This document shows positions 54,106-63,588 of a DNA stretch of 64,000 nt, piece after piece (the stretch's first letter is position 1; each line of letters starts with the position of its first letter). This DNA comes from a virus. Its lineage: Duplodnaviria > Caudoviricetes. A program made the translations under genes and the position numbers. Location: IMG/VR virus record IMGVR_UViG_651324073_000003, positions 1 to 64,000 of that record; one strand, written 5' to 3'. The notes below the pieces were generated by a model. The model was given only the letters and a program-made list of their open reading frames with translations. It was not told the origin of the DNA and searched no databases.

Positions 54106-55303
54106 GCCGCGCCAGCTCCTCCCACCGCGCCTGGTCGCCGTACCACCAGTGCGCCAGCAGCTGCAGGTTGCCGTCGGCGGGCACGGTGCGCTCGATCAGC
54201 GGCGGGCGAGCGACGATGACGGCCTCGGCCGCGGCCTGGACGGCGGCGGCCAGGTCGCGCAGTGCCTCACCCACCTGGTAGGCATCTTCCAGCGGCAGTA
54301 CGGCGCGGGCGCTGGTGATGGCGGCCTGCAGGGCTTCGCGGGTCTGCGCGGCGACGGTGGCCAGGTCATCGGGCGTGAGCGTGCCGGCGTCGCTCTCCAG
54401 CTCCAGCAGCGCACCGGCCGCCTCGGCCAGTGCGATCGCGCGTTCGCGCTCCACGTGGTCCAGCGCCAGCAGCCGGGCCTGCACCGTGGCCGGCACGTCA
54501 GTGCGAGCCAGCGCAGGCAACGGGCTGTGTGAGATCACGGGCCGCGCCAGCGCGCCCGAGCGCGCGTCGCTCGGAAACAGCGCGCGGCGCACCAGCGACC
54601 AGCCCGAGAGCGAGCCGCGCAGGCGATCGAGCGCGGCCGAGGGGGCATTGGTCACACCGGTGATCACGGTCGCAATGTCGCTGCCCCAGCTCGTCGGGTA
54701 GGTCAGCGCATCCATGCCGGCGGTAAGCACGCCCTGCACGGTGCCGCGCACCTGGCGGGTGATGGCGTCCAGCTGGCCGAGCACCGCCACGCGATCGCGC
54801 AGCGCGGTGAGCTGCCCGCGTACAGCGCTCATGGTGCGGCCGAAGGCGCCCAGGCCGACGTCGCGTGCGGCCTGCCCGGAGGTGCTGACCGCCTGGGCGC
54901 TCTGCCGGGTGCTGGCGCGCGCGAAGAACACCACCGGTTGATCGCCTTCAACGAAGCGGATCTGCACCTCGCACGCGTCCGGGTGCTCCGCGTCGTGGCT
55001 GATCTCGTAGTCGACGACCTGCGCACGCGACACGACGCCGAAAACCGGATGCACCAGCTCGCCGTAGCCGCCGGCGGACAGCGCTTCGAGCAGGCGCTCC
55101 AGCCTCACCAGGTAGTTGTCGCCGTAGATCACGGCGGCGACCGACATCTGCCGCGGCCCGGCGCCATGATCATCGATCTGCGCGCCGTCCCTGTACGGGA
55201 ACTCGTACTGCACCAGCGCGCGCTGCACCGCGTCGCGCGTGGTGCGTACCTCGAAGGGGATGCCGCGGAAGCTGGCGTCCTGCAGGTTGTCGGCCCAGCT
55301 CAT
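54038..55303 (-). CDS. DNA circularisation protein / Mu gp43
   Basis: LQDASFRGIPFEV, LVHPVFG, LLAHWWYGD..R..EL.RLNP. Confidence 0.9.
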   Translation of the reverse strand: MSWADNLQDASFRGIPFEVRTTRDAVQRALVQYEFPYRDGAQIDDHGAGPRQMSVAAVIYGDNYLVRLERLLEALSAGGYGELVHPVFGVVSRAQVVDYEISHDAEHPDACEVQIRFVEGDQPVVFFARASTRQSAQAVSTSGQAARDVGLGAFGRTMSAVRGQLTALRDRVAVLGQLDAITRQVRGTVQGVLTAGMDALTYPTSWGSDIATVITGVTNAPSAALDRLRGSLSGWSLVRRALFPSDARSGALARPVISHSPLPALARTDVPATVQARLLALDHVERERAIALAEAAGALLELESDAGTLTPDDLATVAAQTREALQAAITSARAVLPLEDAYQVGEALRDLAAAVQAAAEAVIVARPPLIERTVPADGNLQLLAHWWYGDQARWEELARLNPSAAKQPILREGCRLNAYSK

Positions 55304-57153
55304 TGCCGCCTCGCCTGCCGCGCGTTGGTGTCATTCACCTCCGCGACCAGATTGCCGTTCTCGACGCGCACATTCACGTCTACAGCCCGGCGCGCTTCGT
55401 CGCTGCCGAAGAAGGCCATCAGGCGCGCTATGCCTTCGCCGATGGCGTCGCCGACCGCGGTACCGGTGACCAGGTTGTCGTTGATGAGCGTGCCCACGCC
55501 ATAGCCGGCGGCGCCTGCGGCGAGTACGCCGCCACCCGCGGCGGCCGCGGTACCGGCGCTCGCGCCCCAGGCCGACAGGGGCATACCGCCGGCGAGCACC
55601 GCAGCAGTGCGCAGCCGGCCGGCCGTCGCCGCTGCGGCAGCGCCGGCGCCGGCGGCTGCAGCCGCGCCACCGCCGCGGGTGAGCACGCCGACGCCCGCGG
55701 CAACGCCTGCCGCAGCGGCCAGCGCCGTGAGCGCAGTGGTCGTTGCGATCACCGCCGCAGAGAGGTTCGGAAACTCCTGGATCAGCGCCGCCGTGCGCTC
55801 GGCCAAGGCACCGAGCGACGGGTTGATGCGGTCCAGCGCGGTCTGCATCGCATTCGCCTTCTCCGCTGCGAGCAGCTCCGCCTTATAGCTCGGCGACTCC
55901 GCCATCAGGGCAAAGGCATCCGCGCCGGTACCGCGCGCATTTCCGAGCTCGCCACGGATGCCCTGCATGCTGTCGCGGTTGCCCAGGATGCCGACCAGCG
56001 CCATCAGCGCCTGGCGGTCCTGCACGACCTTGCCGATGGCGCTGCCCTGCAGCAGGTCGGCCATCGATTCCATGGCCGCGCGCTGATCGTCGCCTTTGGC
56101 GTTACGTGCGCGGTCGCGCGCGGCGATGTAACGCTTGTCGCGGCCGGCGACCTGGTCCGTAAGGTTCACGAACGCATCGAGCGCGTTGGTGCCCTTCGCC
56201 CGCGCGGCGGCCAGCGAGCCCGAGAGGTCGATGCCCAGCTTCTTGGCGTCGTTCGAAGTGTCCTGGCTGTTGATCTTGGCCAGCAGGTTCACCAGGTTGT
56301 TGCCGGCCTCATCGCGCGAGCCGGCCGTGGTCACCGCAGCCTGGTTCGCAGCCAGCAGCGCCGCAAAATCGCCCGCCCCACCCATGCCCAGCGTGCTGGC
56401 GGCGGCCATCTGCTGCGGCAGCCAGCGCGCCATGTCACGCAGCTCGAAGCCACCGAGCTGGCCGGCACGCATGGCCATGTCCAGCGTGTCGCTGGTGTTG
56501 CCCATGCGGAAGTTCTGCCGGGCCCGGATCGCGATGTCGGCGAGTGCGCCGGCGTCGGCGGCCGAGGCGGTGCTGAAGCGGTTGAGCGTGGGCAGTTCGG
56601 CGATCGCCGCCGCCGCGTTGTACTGGCCGCTGGCCACCAGGCGATCGAGCGTACCGAGAGTGCCCTCGCGCGTGCCGCCACCCGCACGGATCGCAGCCAT
56701 CACACCGGTGTTGACCTGCGCCATGCCGGCGCGGCGGGCGTCGATGCTCTGGCCGGCATAAGCGGTGTTCGCCACGTTGCGCAGCTGCCGGTCGTAATCC
56801 ATGCCCTGGCGGACCGGGTCCGCCAGCACCGCGCGGCCCGCGGCCAGCCCTGCAGCCCCCTGCCCCCAGGCGGTGACCGCCCGGCCGATGCCGCGCGTGA
56901 GCTGCTCGATCCGTCCGGCGGCTGCGGCGGCTTCGGTACCGATGGCGCGAAACCAGCGCGGCACGCGGTCATTGGGCCGCAGGTTGCCCAGGTTGCGGAA
57001 CTGCTCGACCACGCGCGCCGCCTGCTGCGCGGCGCCCTTGCCCTCGCGGCTGGTGCCGGCCAGTGCGCGCTCGACCGTCTCCAGCGCGCGCTTGGCGTTG
57101 GCGCTGCCGCCGTCGCGGTAGCGCAGCGTGAGGTTGATGACCTGGTCAGTCAT
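55300..57153 (-). CDS. Tape measure protein (Mu-like)
   Basis: G.FEL.DMA.WLPQ, NNLVNLLAKI motifs; synteny. Confidence 0.88.
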   Translation of the reverse strand: MTDQVINLTLRYRDGGSANAKRALETVERALAGTSREGKGAAQQAARVVEQFRNLGNLRPNDRVPRWFRAIGTEAAAAAGRIEQLTRGIGRAVTAWGQGAAGLAAGRAVLADPVRQGMDYDRQLRNVANTAYAGQSIDARRAGMAQVNTGVMAAIRAGGGTREGTLGTLDRLVASGQYNAAAAIAELPTLNRFSTASAADAGALADIAIRARQNFRMGNTSDTLDMAMRAGQLGGFELRDMARWLPQQMAAASTLGMGGAGDFAALLAANQAAVTTAGSRDEAGNNLVNLLAKINSQDTSNDAKKLGIDLSGSLAAARAKGTNALDAFVNLTDQVAGRDKRYIAARDRARNAKGDDQRAAMESMADLLQGSAIGKVVQDRQALMALVGILGNRDSMQGIRGELGNARGTGADAFALMAESPSYKAELLAAEKANAMQTALDRINPSLGALAERTAALIQEFPNLSAAVIATTTALTALAAAAGVAAGVGVLTRGGGAAAAAGAGAAAAATAGRLRTAAVLAGGMPLSAWGASAGTAAAAGGGVLAAGAAGYGVGTLINDNLVTGTAVGDAIGEGIARLMAFFGSDEARRAVDVNVRVENGNLVAEVNDTNARQARRQ

Positions 57154-57407
57154 GTCGGGTCACCTGTTCCATGTCCAGTGGCGCGGGCGTGCAGCCGCTG
57201 CTTCCAGTTGCGGCTGCGGGTCGGCACGGCCTCGGCCTGCGCTTGCGTGCTGCCCGGCGGCCGGGTGCGGGTGAGCGTCGCCACCCAGGCTTCGATGGCG
57301 GTGCGCTCGGCGCTGCGGATCTCGTCCAGGCGAAAGCCCCGGCCGACCAGCGCCAGTTCGATCAGTCGGAACTCGGCGAGGGCGCGCTCTCGCCTTTCTG
57401 CTTTTTT
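57150..57407 (-). CDS. -1 frameshift extension of tail chaperone (gpT-like)
   Basis: A AAA AAG at 57401-57407; -1 frame open to a TGA overlapping the TMP ATG. Confidence 0.75.
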   Translation of the reverse strand, partial: KKAERRERALAEFRLIELALVGRGFRLDEIRSAERTAIEAWVATLTRTRPPGSTQAQAEAVPTRSRNWKQRLHARATGHGTGDPT

Positions 57408-57712
57408 TTGATGACCTCGGCCGCGTTCCGGATGAGCGTCATGTCGTCCGGGTGCAGCAGCTGGGCCAGGCGTTCCAGCGGCGGCGGCTCGGCGCCGTCG
57501 ATGCTGTCGATCTGCGCCAGCAGCTGCGCGTCGTCGATGCGCATCTGGTAGGCGATACGCCGGCCGCCGGTCATGTCTTCCGGCATATCGACCGCGGCCA
57601 CCGCCTCATACACGTCCTGCAGCGTCGCCTGGCGCATCACCACCACTTTTGCGGTGGCCGACCAGGGCGCGAGGCCGTACTGCAGTTCAACGGTTTCGGT
57701 CACGAGATTCAT
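57362..57712 (-). CDS. Tail assembly chaperone (Mu gp41-like)
   Basis: Between tube and TMP; contains the slippery site. Confidence 0.8.
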   Translation of the reverse strand: MNLVTETVELQYGLAPWSATAKVVVMRQATLQDVYEAVAAVDMPEDMTGGRRIAYQMRIDDAQLLAQIDSIDGAEPPPLERLAQLLHPDDMTLIRNAAEVIKKKQKGESAPSPSSD

Positions 57713-57715
57713 CGC

Positions 57716-58090
57716 TTACTCCCGCACGTAGTCGAGGGCGAACATCGACAGCGAACGCACTGCCTCGCCATCTACGCGGTAGGCGGCGCTCACCGAGGTG
57801 CATGCGCAACCCAGGTAGCTCTCGCGCTGATCGTCGTGGCCTTCCGGGTAGAGGGTGATCTTCGCGTCTTCGATCGTGGCCCAGTCGGGCTCGCTGCCGT
57901 CGAGCGGGATCGCCACTTCGAGCGAAAGCTCGAAGGTGGTGAGCCCCTGCGCGTGGCCGCTGATGCGCTTCTTGCGGTTCATGGTCGCGACAGGCTTCTT
58001 GCCGGTGCTGCGGCTCGCGTTGAAGCTCACCACCTCGATCTCGCGGCCATCGACCGTCATCACGATGTGGCCGACAAACTTTTCTGCCAT
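57716..58090 (-). CDS. Tail tube protein
   Basis: Follows sheath; 124 aa. Confidence 0.8.
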   Translation of the reverse strand: MAEKFVGHIVMTVDGREIEVVSFNASRSTGKKPVATMNRKKRISGHAQGLTTFELSLEVAIPLDGSEPDWATIEDAKITLYPEGHDDQRESYLGCACTSVSAAYRVDGEAVRSLSMFALDYVRE

Positions 58091-58118
58091 GGCTGTGCTC
58101 CGGTGGTCAGAGGCGCTG

Positions 58119-59543
58119 TTAGAGGATCAGGTCGATCACGGCTGCGATGACGTGCAGGCCATTGACCACGTCGGTCGGGATGCGGATGTTCACGCGGCCC
58201 ACCTCCTGGCTGTCGAGCTCGACGATGATGCCGGCCAGATTGGCCCGCACGTTCTCGACGATCTCCAGCTCTTCAAGGCGCAGCAGCACATCGATTACCT
58301 CGCTGCGGATATCGCGCAGCACTCGCGCCGTGGCCTTCTCGCGGGGGAATCGCGCGGTGATGCGCTGGCGCATCGCGAAGCGCACGTAATCGAGCGTGCG
58401 GATGGTGGTGATATCCAGCCAGGCCGGGTCGGCCACCGCCTGGGCATTGACGGTGTAGGTCGACACGGCGCGCACGATGCTCACGCGCTCGCCCGGATTC
58501 ACCTTCAGCGGGGTCACGCCGTTGTGCAGGCAGTTCTCGATCTCGGTGCGGCCGGGCCGGCTGGCGATCGGCGGCACGGCCAGACCCACCAGCTCAAGAC
58601 CGTTCAGCGGGCGCGCCGGGTCTTCTTCGAACGCGGCGATGGCGGCCACGGCCGCAGCCGTCTCCCAGGGCAGCGAGGCACTGCCGGCGAGCCAGGGCAC
58701 CAGCACGCGTTCATCGTTGATGCCGGCCGCCAGCGCCACGGCAGCGCCGTAGGTGCCATGCGTGGCCACGACGCCGATGGCGCCGCGCTGCTCCAGCGCG
58801 TTGCCCACCAGTTCGAGGTGGTCGCGCAGCTTGGTGAGGTTGGTCGAGTCCGTCCAGGGCATCACCAGAATCTCGTCGCCTGCGGACTGTATGGCGGTGA
58901 GCGTGGCCGCGACGTCCGGGTTCGTCGCGCCGCTGGCCATGGCCACGATGGTCGCGGTGATGCCGGCCACGCCGGTGAGCGTGGCAGCGACGCTGATGTC
59001 GTTACCCGGCGTGCCCTTGTTCTTCGCGGTGAGCGTCACGACGGCAGACACCACGCCCGCAGTGACCGGCAGATCCGGACGGGCATCGAGCGTAGCCTTC
59101 AGGTCGGCGGCCACCGCGGCGGCCGCATCGCCAGACTCGACCAGGATGTCGACCTGCTGCGCGCCCACCCGCACCGACAGCGTGCCGGTGCTGGTGGCGG
59201 TGCCTGCGATGGTCACCGTGCCGGTCGCCGCCACGCCGCCCGCGTTGTCGGCCACGCCGATGGCGGTGAGATCGACATACGGGTTGGCCCTGAGCAGCGC
59301 GCGCGCCATCAGGTGCAGATGCGAGCCGGCGCCGAAGTAGTCGGCGGCCTGCGCGTCGGTGAATACCTGAGTCGGCACGCCAGCGGCGACCGAGCCAGAC
59401 GCCAGGCGGCCGCCGATCAGCCGCACCGTCTGCCGGTTGTTCGGCAGATTGCGCAGCGCCAGGCGGCTGTTGAACTCGATATAGGTGCCGGGCGTGCGGA
59501 TGCTGCCGGGCACCTGGTCAAACGAGACATTGGGGCTGGCCAT
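58119..59543 (-). CDS. Tail sheath protein (Mu gpL-like)
   Basis: SIRTPG.Y.EFN, FGAGS.LHLM, EDPARPL, DITTIRTLDYVR. Confidence 0.93.
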   Translation of the reverse strand: MASPNVSFDQVPGSIRTPGTYIEFNSRLALRNLPNNRQTVRLIGGRLASGSVAAGVPTQVFTDAQAADYFGAGSHLHLMARALLRANPYVDLTAIGVADNAGGVAATGTVTIAGTATSTGTLSVRVGAQQVDILVESGDAAAAVAADLKATLDARPDLPVTAGVVSAVVTLTAKNKGTPGNDISVAATLTGVAGITATIVAMASGATNPDVAATLTAIQSAGDEILVMPWTDSTNLTKLRDHLELVGNALEQRGAIGVVATHGTYGAAVALAAGINDERVLVPWLAGSASLPWETAAAVAAIAAFEEDPARPLNGLELVGLAVPPIASRPGRTEIENCLHNGVTPLKVNPGERVSIVRAVSTYTVNAQAVADPAWLDITTIRTLDYVRFAMRQRITARFPREKATARVLRDIRSEVIDVLLRLEELEIVENVRANLAGIIVELDSQEVGRVNIRIPTDVVNGLHVIAAVIDLIL

Positions 59544-59546
59544 CGG

Positions 59547-59783
59547 TTACTCCTTCGCTTTCTTGGCGACGGACTTAACCGGAGCGGCGGCAGGTTCAGC
59601 GGCTTCGGCCGGCGGCGCGGCAGCGTCGATGAGGTCACCGGTGGCGAGGAGTCGCTCGATGTGCGGCGTGCGCGCGATCTCGACCGGCTCTGCGCCGGCG
59701 GGCGGGTAGTGCTTGCGCGGGTTGGTTTCGCGCGGCACCAGGCGCTCGGGGGCGCAGGTGACGCGGACAGTGGCTTGGGACAT
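59547..59783 (-). CDS. DUF2635 / Mu gp38-like protein
   Basis: VPRE.NPR.., RLLATGDL; GGAGG SD. Confidence 0.75.
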   Translation of the reverse strand: MSQATVRVTCAPERLVPRETNPRKHYPPAGAEPVEIARTPHIERLLATGDLIDAAAPPAEAAEPAAAPVKSVAKKAKE

Positions 59784-59826
59784 GGGCGCCTCCGGGGCGA
59801 TGTGGCTCTGCGGTGCAGGAGCCCAC

Positions 59827-59870
59827 ATCGTCCGCGCGCGCGCGAGGTGCTGGGGGGATGAACGAGTTCA
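59827..59870 (-). promoter_or_regulatory. Putative activator-dependent late promoter, copy 2
   Basis: TGAAC-N2-GTTCA, 14 nt, (CG)6, GACGAT. Confidence 0.6.
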
Positions 59871-59941
59871 GAGGGGGGGGCTTCTCATCAAGACATACAC
59901 GTGCGATCGTTATTCAAATCTCAATCGTGGGGTAGCGCGCA

Positions 59942-60565
59942 TTGACCACGCAACGGCTGATAGAACAGGTTAAACGCCAGCTCACATACATCGAGCGATC
60001 TTGCAGGATCTTCGACAGCGGCGACCGCGATGAGGCAATTCGTATTGCGACTCATGTGAGAACCCTCTTTCACAACACAAAAAACACGAAATCACTAATA
60101 AGCTATTTTCATCGGCCGCACCTACATCTTCTTTCCACCATAGAAGCGCCAAGCGGAATACCCTACATACTTTTAACTGGCAACCTATCAAAGCTTTCAG
60201 TTGAATTTAAAGATGGATGTATTGTCGGAATCGAATCAACCCCCTACCTGCAATCAGAGGCCGACGCGAATCACCGCCTCGTCCCTCTACATCAATGGTG
60301 GAATGAACAGGTGTATGTAATAGACGGCCAATCAATATCTCGCTCAGATATCGTATTATGGGCCGCAAACAAGGATGGCGGCGCACATGTTGATATAGAA
60401 CTTCCTCAGCTTTACATGAAAATCATCGACGGAATAATTACCATCTCGCACGTTAAGGATGGAGAGATCTGTTCATCCGCCGCGAAAGACGCTCATCTAG
60501 CAGATCTTCGACAAATCGGCCACGAGGTATTAAACAGCCCTTGTGTGCAGGCACTCGCTCGATAG
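59942..60565 (+). CDS. Low-GC moron, possible HEPN-like protein (the track's minus-strand label is wrong)
   Basis: Plus strand reads TTG ACC ACG CAA from 59942 to TAG at 60563-60565; ANKDGGAHVD motif. Confidence 0.7.
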   Translation: MTTQRLIEQVKRQLTYIERSCRIFDSGDRDEAIRIATHVRTLFHNTKNTKSLISYFHRPHLHLLSTIEAPSGIPYILLTGNLSKLSVEFKDGCIVGIESTPYLQSEADANHRLVPLHQWWNEQVYVIDGQSISRSDIVLWAANKDGGAHVDIELPQLYMKIIDGIITISHVKDGEICSSAAKDAHLADLRQIGHEVLNSPCVQALAR

Positions 60566-60609
60566 CGTTGCAACACAAAAATCTCACGAAATCCATCATT
60601 AAAAAATGA

Positions 60610-61218
60610 TTACCGAATCGTCGAATGCGGGTAATCAGTATTTTTGACCATCAGGTCCTGCGCATCATCTACCTCATCCCCCGGCTGCAGCCGGTAGTTG
60701 AGCGCGATCTTGGTGATGTCCGGCGCGTCGCCCGGTGCCGGCTCCGGCACCTCGAAGTCGTACCGGGTCGAGATCTCCAGCGCGAGCACTGACAAGCCAT
60801 CGCGGCCGACGCGGGTGTTGTAGAGGGTGGTGACCCGGCCCGGTTCGAAGGCTTCGCACTCGGCGACCAGCCCGGCGCCGGTCACCAGCTGGCGCACGTC
60901 GTCCAGTATCTGGTAACTGCCCGGCTCACCCTGCACGCCGCGGCGGGCAAAGCGCTCGCCACGAGCGCTGCGGGCGCCGACCATCACCGCACCACGCACC
61001 GTTGCGCGCCGGGCACGGCGGCCCAGGCGTTCCACGGTCTCGCCGCCGATGGTCACCCACACCGCCGGGAAAGACCGGAACTGGGTCCAGAATGCATCGT
61101 CGTCAAACTCACCGCCGTAGCTGCCGATGTGCGCGAGGCGATAGCCGAGGGCGCCGGCAGTCTGAGCGGCCTGGACGCGCGCGATGATCGCGTCTTCGAT
61201 ATCGGCGTAGATGAGCAC
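60610..61218 (-). CDS. DUF1834 / Mu gp37-like protein
   Basis: IEDAII.R, SYGGEFDD, FPAVWV. Confidence 0.85.
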   Translation of the reverse strand: MLIYADIEDAIIARVQAAQTAGALGYRLAHIGSYGGEFDDDAFWTQFRSFPAVWVTIGGETVERLGRRARRATVRGAVMVGARSARGERFARRGVQGEPGSYQILDDVRQLVTGAGLVAECEAFEPGRVTTLYNTRVGRDGLSVLALEISTRYDFEVPEPAPGDAPDITKIALNYRLQPGDEVDDAQDLMVKNTDYPHSTIR

Positions 61219-61225
61219 GTCGACC

Positions 61226-61657
61226 TCAGCGCCGGTTCGCGCGGCTGAAGGGGTTGGCGGTCACCGGCGAGACGATCTGGGCCTCGCCGTAGTGCGGTTG
61301 TGCGGTGCTGCCACCCGAGCCTGAGCCGCTGTTGCCGATGATGCCGTCCGCCATGTCGCGCAGCAGCGCGGTGTAGTACTCGTGCCGCGCCGTGATCGGG
61401 TCGTTCTCGATCGTATTGGCACCGGAGAGGTGCCAGCGGGCAATATGGATGCACGCGGCCTGCATGAATGCAGGCTGAGCGGCTGCGATCGCCGGCGCGC
61501 GGTCGCCCAGAATGGCGTCGATGTCGGCGCTGGCCAGCGTGAGCGCGTAGTCGATTCGGCCAGTGATTGGCGTGCCAGTGGCCTCGGGGTCGGCCAGTGC
61601 GGCGGTTTCCTTGGCGCCGAGGGCGAGCTCGAACTGGGTGGGGGTGGCGTAGGGCAT
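61226..61657 (-). CDS. DUF1320 / Mu gp36 head-tail adaptor
   Basis: MPYAT, AS..ID..LG.R, C..IARW.L. Confidence 0.85.
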   Translation of the reverse strand: MPYATPTQFELALGAKETAALADPEATGTPITGRIDYALTLASADIDAILGDRAPAIAAAQPAFMQAACIHIARWHLSGANTIENDPITARHEYYTALLRDMADGIIGNSGSGSGGSTAQPHYGEAQIVSPVTANPFSRANRR

Positions 61658-63144
61658 CAGAGGATCGTCGCCGGAATAATTGCCATCTCCTCGATGATCA
61701 CGTCGCCGGCAACTCCTGATGGGCTCGCCAACGTGTACGGGCGGGCCTTGAACTGTGGCGCGACAGTCGTCGCACCCTCGGGAATCACAATCGCGGGCGT
61801 CTCGAATGTGAGGGTCCGACCGATCAATGCCGGGTCAGCACCGAAATCAGCGCTCTGCTCCACCCCGTAAACCTCGCCACCTGAGAACGATGCCTGCAGG
61901 TAGAGCATGCTGATATTGACCAGCGCGTTTATGCGCACTCGACATACGCAGCGCACGACGCCAGACCCACCAGCGTTCGCCGGCAGAGCGAATGTTTTAC
62001 TGGCTGTCAGCTGATTAGAGGTGATGTTCGAGGCACCTGGGATGCTCCAGACGATCCGCTGCTGGTCGTCCGTAGTCTTACTCGCGGTTGCTGTGACTCC
62101 AGCATCAGCGATGATCGTATAGCCGGCTGCAACCACAGAGCCGCCTTGCAGGCCGGTCGCGGTACCGCCTGAGCCGGCCAGCCGGGTGTTCGCGGACAGG
62201 TCACGGTCCGCGTATGAGCCACCCTCACCGAACAGGCCGTGCAGCGTGTCGAGTGCATAGACTGCGGCACTCACCCGGCGCGATGCGTTGGGGTGTATCC
62301 CGTCGGTCGCCCAGCCCGCAAGCGGAGGTCGGCTGGTGACAGCAGTGGCATCAAGCCACGGCGTCGAAAAGTCGATGTACGCCTCGCCCAGATCTTTTTT
62401 GACATACGCAAGCAGGCCATCAAAAACGGCTGCGCGCCCGGTGGTGTTGAACGACGTCGACGGAACGCTGGTGCAGATGATCGGCACCGCACCGAAACCT
62501 CGCACCAGAGAGACCGCGAAGCGCGTCCAGGCCATCAGCTGTGCAAGCGTTGCATCTGCCGCGATGTCGTTCTCGTACAGATGCAGAGCGACGTAATTCG
62601 GTCGCGTGCGCTGCAGTACATCGGCCAGGTCGAACAGCATTTCCCCCAGCCGCGATCCTCCATAGCCATACCCACGCAAGACCTCGACCGGCATGCCGAG
62701 CAACATGACCGCAGCGGAGATCGGACCAATGTTCTGACGAATCGGAAATGCGCGTGCCGTCGTGTAAGCGCTGATCGATGCACTGGCGCGGACCAGCTTT
62801 GGCAAGGGCTGTGCCAGCGTGACATTGTTACCGGCAGGGGCTCCGGAAACTGTCGTGGCAAACACACTGCCTTCGTACAAACCGACAGCAATCTTCGATC
62901 CATCCGTGATACCCGCGACTGATGCGAGCGCCAACACATTTGAGCCGGCATTGGCTGCGGCGGTCGTGTACGTGGTTTGCTGTGCCAGCGATGACGTCGA
63001 CTGCGATGCAATACTGTTCCCGTAGATCAGTAGCCTTTTCCGGTCTGCGCCCTGCGGGGTGGCGCCTGCAGCGCGCACTACATCTTGAGCTTGTCGCGGG
63101 CTGCTACGCAGCGCCGGCCGCCCGAACCGATCCAGCCCGCTCAC
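61657..63144 (-). CDS. SGNH/GDSL hydrolase-domain protein (495 aa)
   Basis: YGNSI, GYGG, LYEND and TDGIHPN blocks; lower GC. Confidence 0.8.
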   Translation of the reverse strand: MSGLDRFGRPALRSSPRQAQDVVRAAGATPQGADRKRLLIYGNSIASQSTSSLAQQTTYTTAAANAGSNVLALASVAGITDGSKIAVGLYEGSVFATTVSGAPAGNNVTLAQPLPKLVRASASISAYTTARAFPIRQNIGPISAAVMLLGMPVEVLRGYGYGGSRLGEMLFDLADVLQRTRPNYVALHLYENDIAADATLAQLMAWTRFAVSLVRGFGAVPIICTSVPSTSFNTTGRAAVFDGLLAYVKKDLGEAYIDFSTPWLDATAVTSRPPLAGWATDGIHPNASRRVSAAVYALDTLHGLFGEGGSYADRDLSANTRLAGSGGTATGLQGGSVVAAGYTIIADAGVTATASKTTDDQQRIVWSIPGASNITSNQLTASKTFALPANAGGSGVVRCVCRVRINALVNISMLYLQASFSGGEVYGVEQSADFGADPALIGRTLTFETPAIVIPEGATTVAPQFKARPYTLASPSGVAGDVIIEEMAIIPATIL

Positions 63145-63524
63145 GACTTCACCTCATAACCACCCGCCTCGACACTCAGCACAGCGCCCGCACCACTTGC
63201 CCAGACCTGCAGTTCCGCGCTGTCCGAGACATTCACGCCAAGACGTGCCGCCACGCCCGCACCCAGGGTGTTCAGTGCAACCGCAGCCGGGCGGAAGATG
63301 ACCAGGCCGTCCTCAACCGTCCAGCTGCCGACCGGCAGCGGGTCGGCCGGCGCGCCCTTGGCGACCGCGGCGCGCAGTTCGAAACCAGTGAGCGGGGAGG
63401 CGCCGGTGTTGGCCAGGCGCAGCGACAACACGTCGAGGTTGGCGACCTCGAAGCTACGCACCAGGCTGAGTGCGGCGCCGAGGCCTACGGCCTTGGCACC
63501 GCCGAAGTTGTCCACGTATTTCAA
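63141..63524 (-). CDS. Hypothetical beta-rich protein (127 aa)
   Basis: GTGA-coupled to the SGNH gene. Confidence 0.65.
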   Translation of the reverse strand: MKYVDNFGGAKAVGLGAALSLVRSFEVANLDVLSLRLANTGASPLTGFELRAAVAKGAPADPLPVGSWTVEDGLVIFRPAAVALNTLGAGVAARLGVNVSDSAELQVWASGAGAVLSVEAGGYEVKS

Positions 63525-63588
63525 GGGCGGCTCCTGATGGTGTGAGGCCGCCTTATGGCGGCCTGGTGTGTCGGGGACGTGATGCGGA

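Noticed and set aside
59942-60565. Minus-strand label in the ORF track
   Set aside because: The listed protein is read directly from the plus strand
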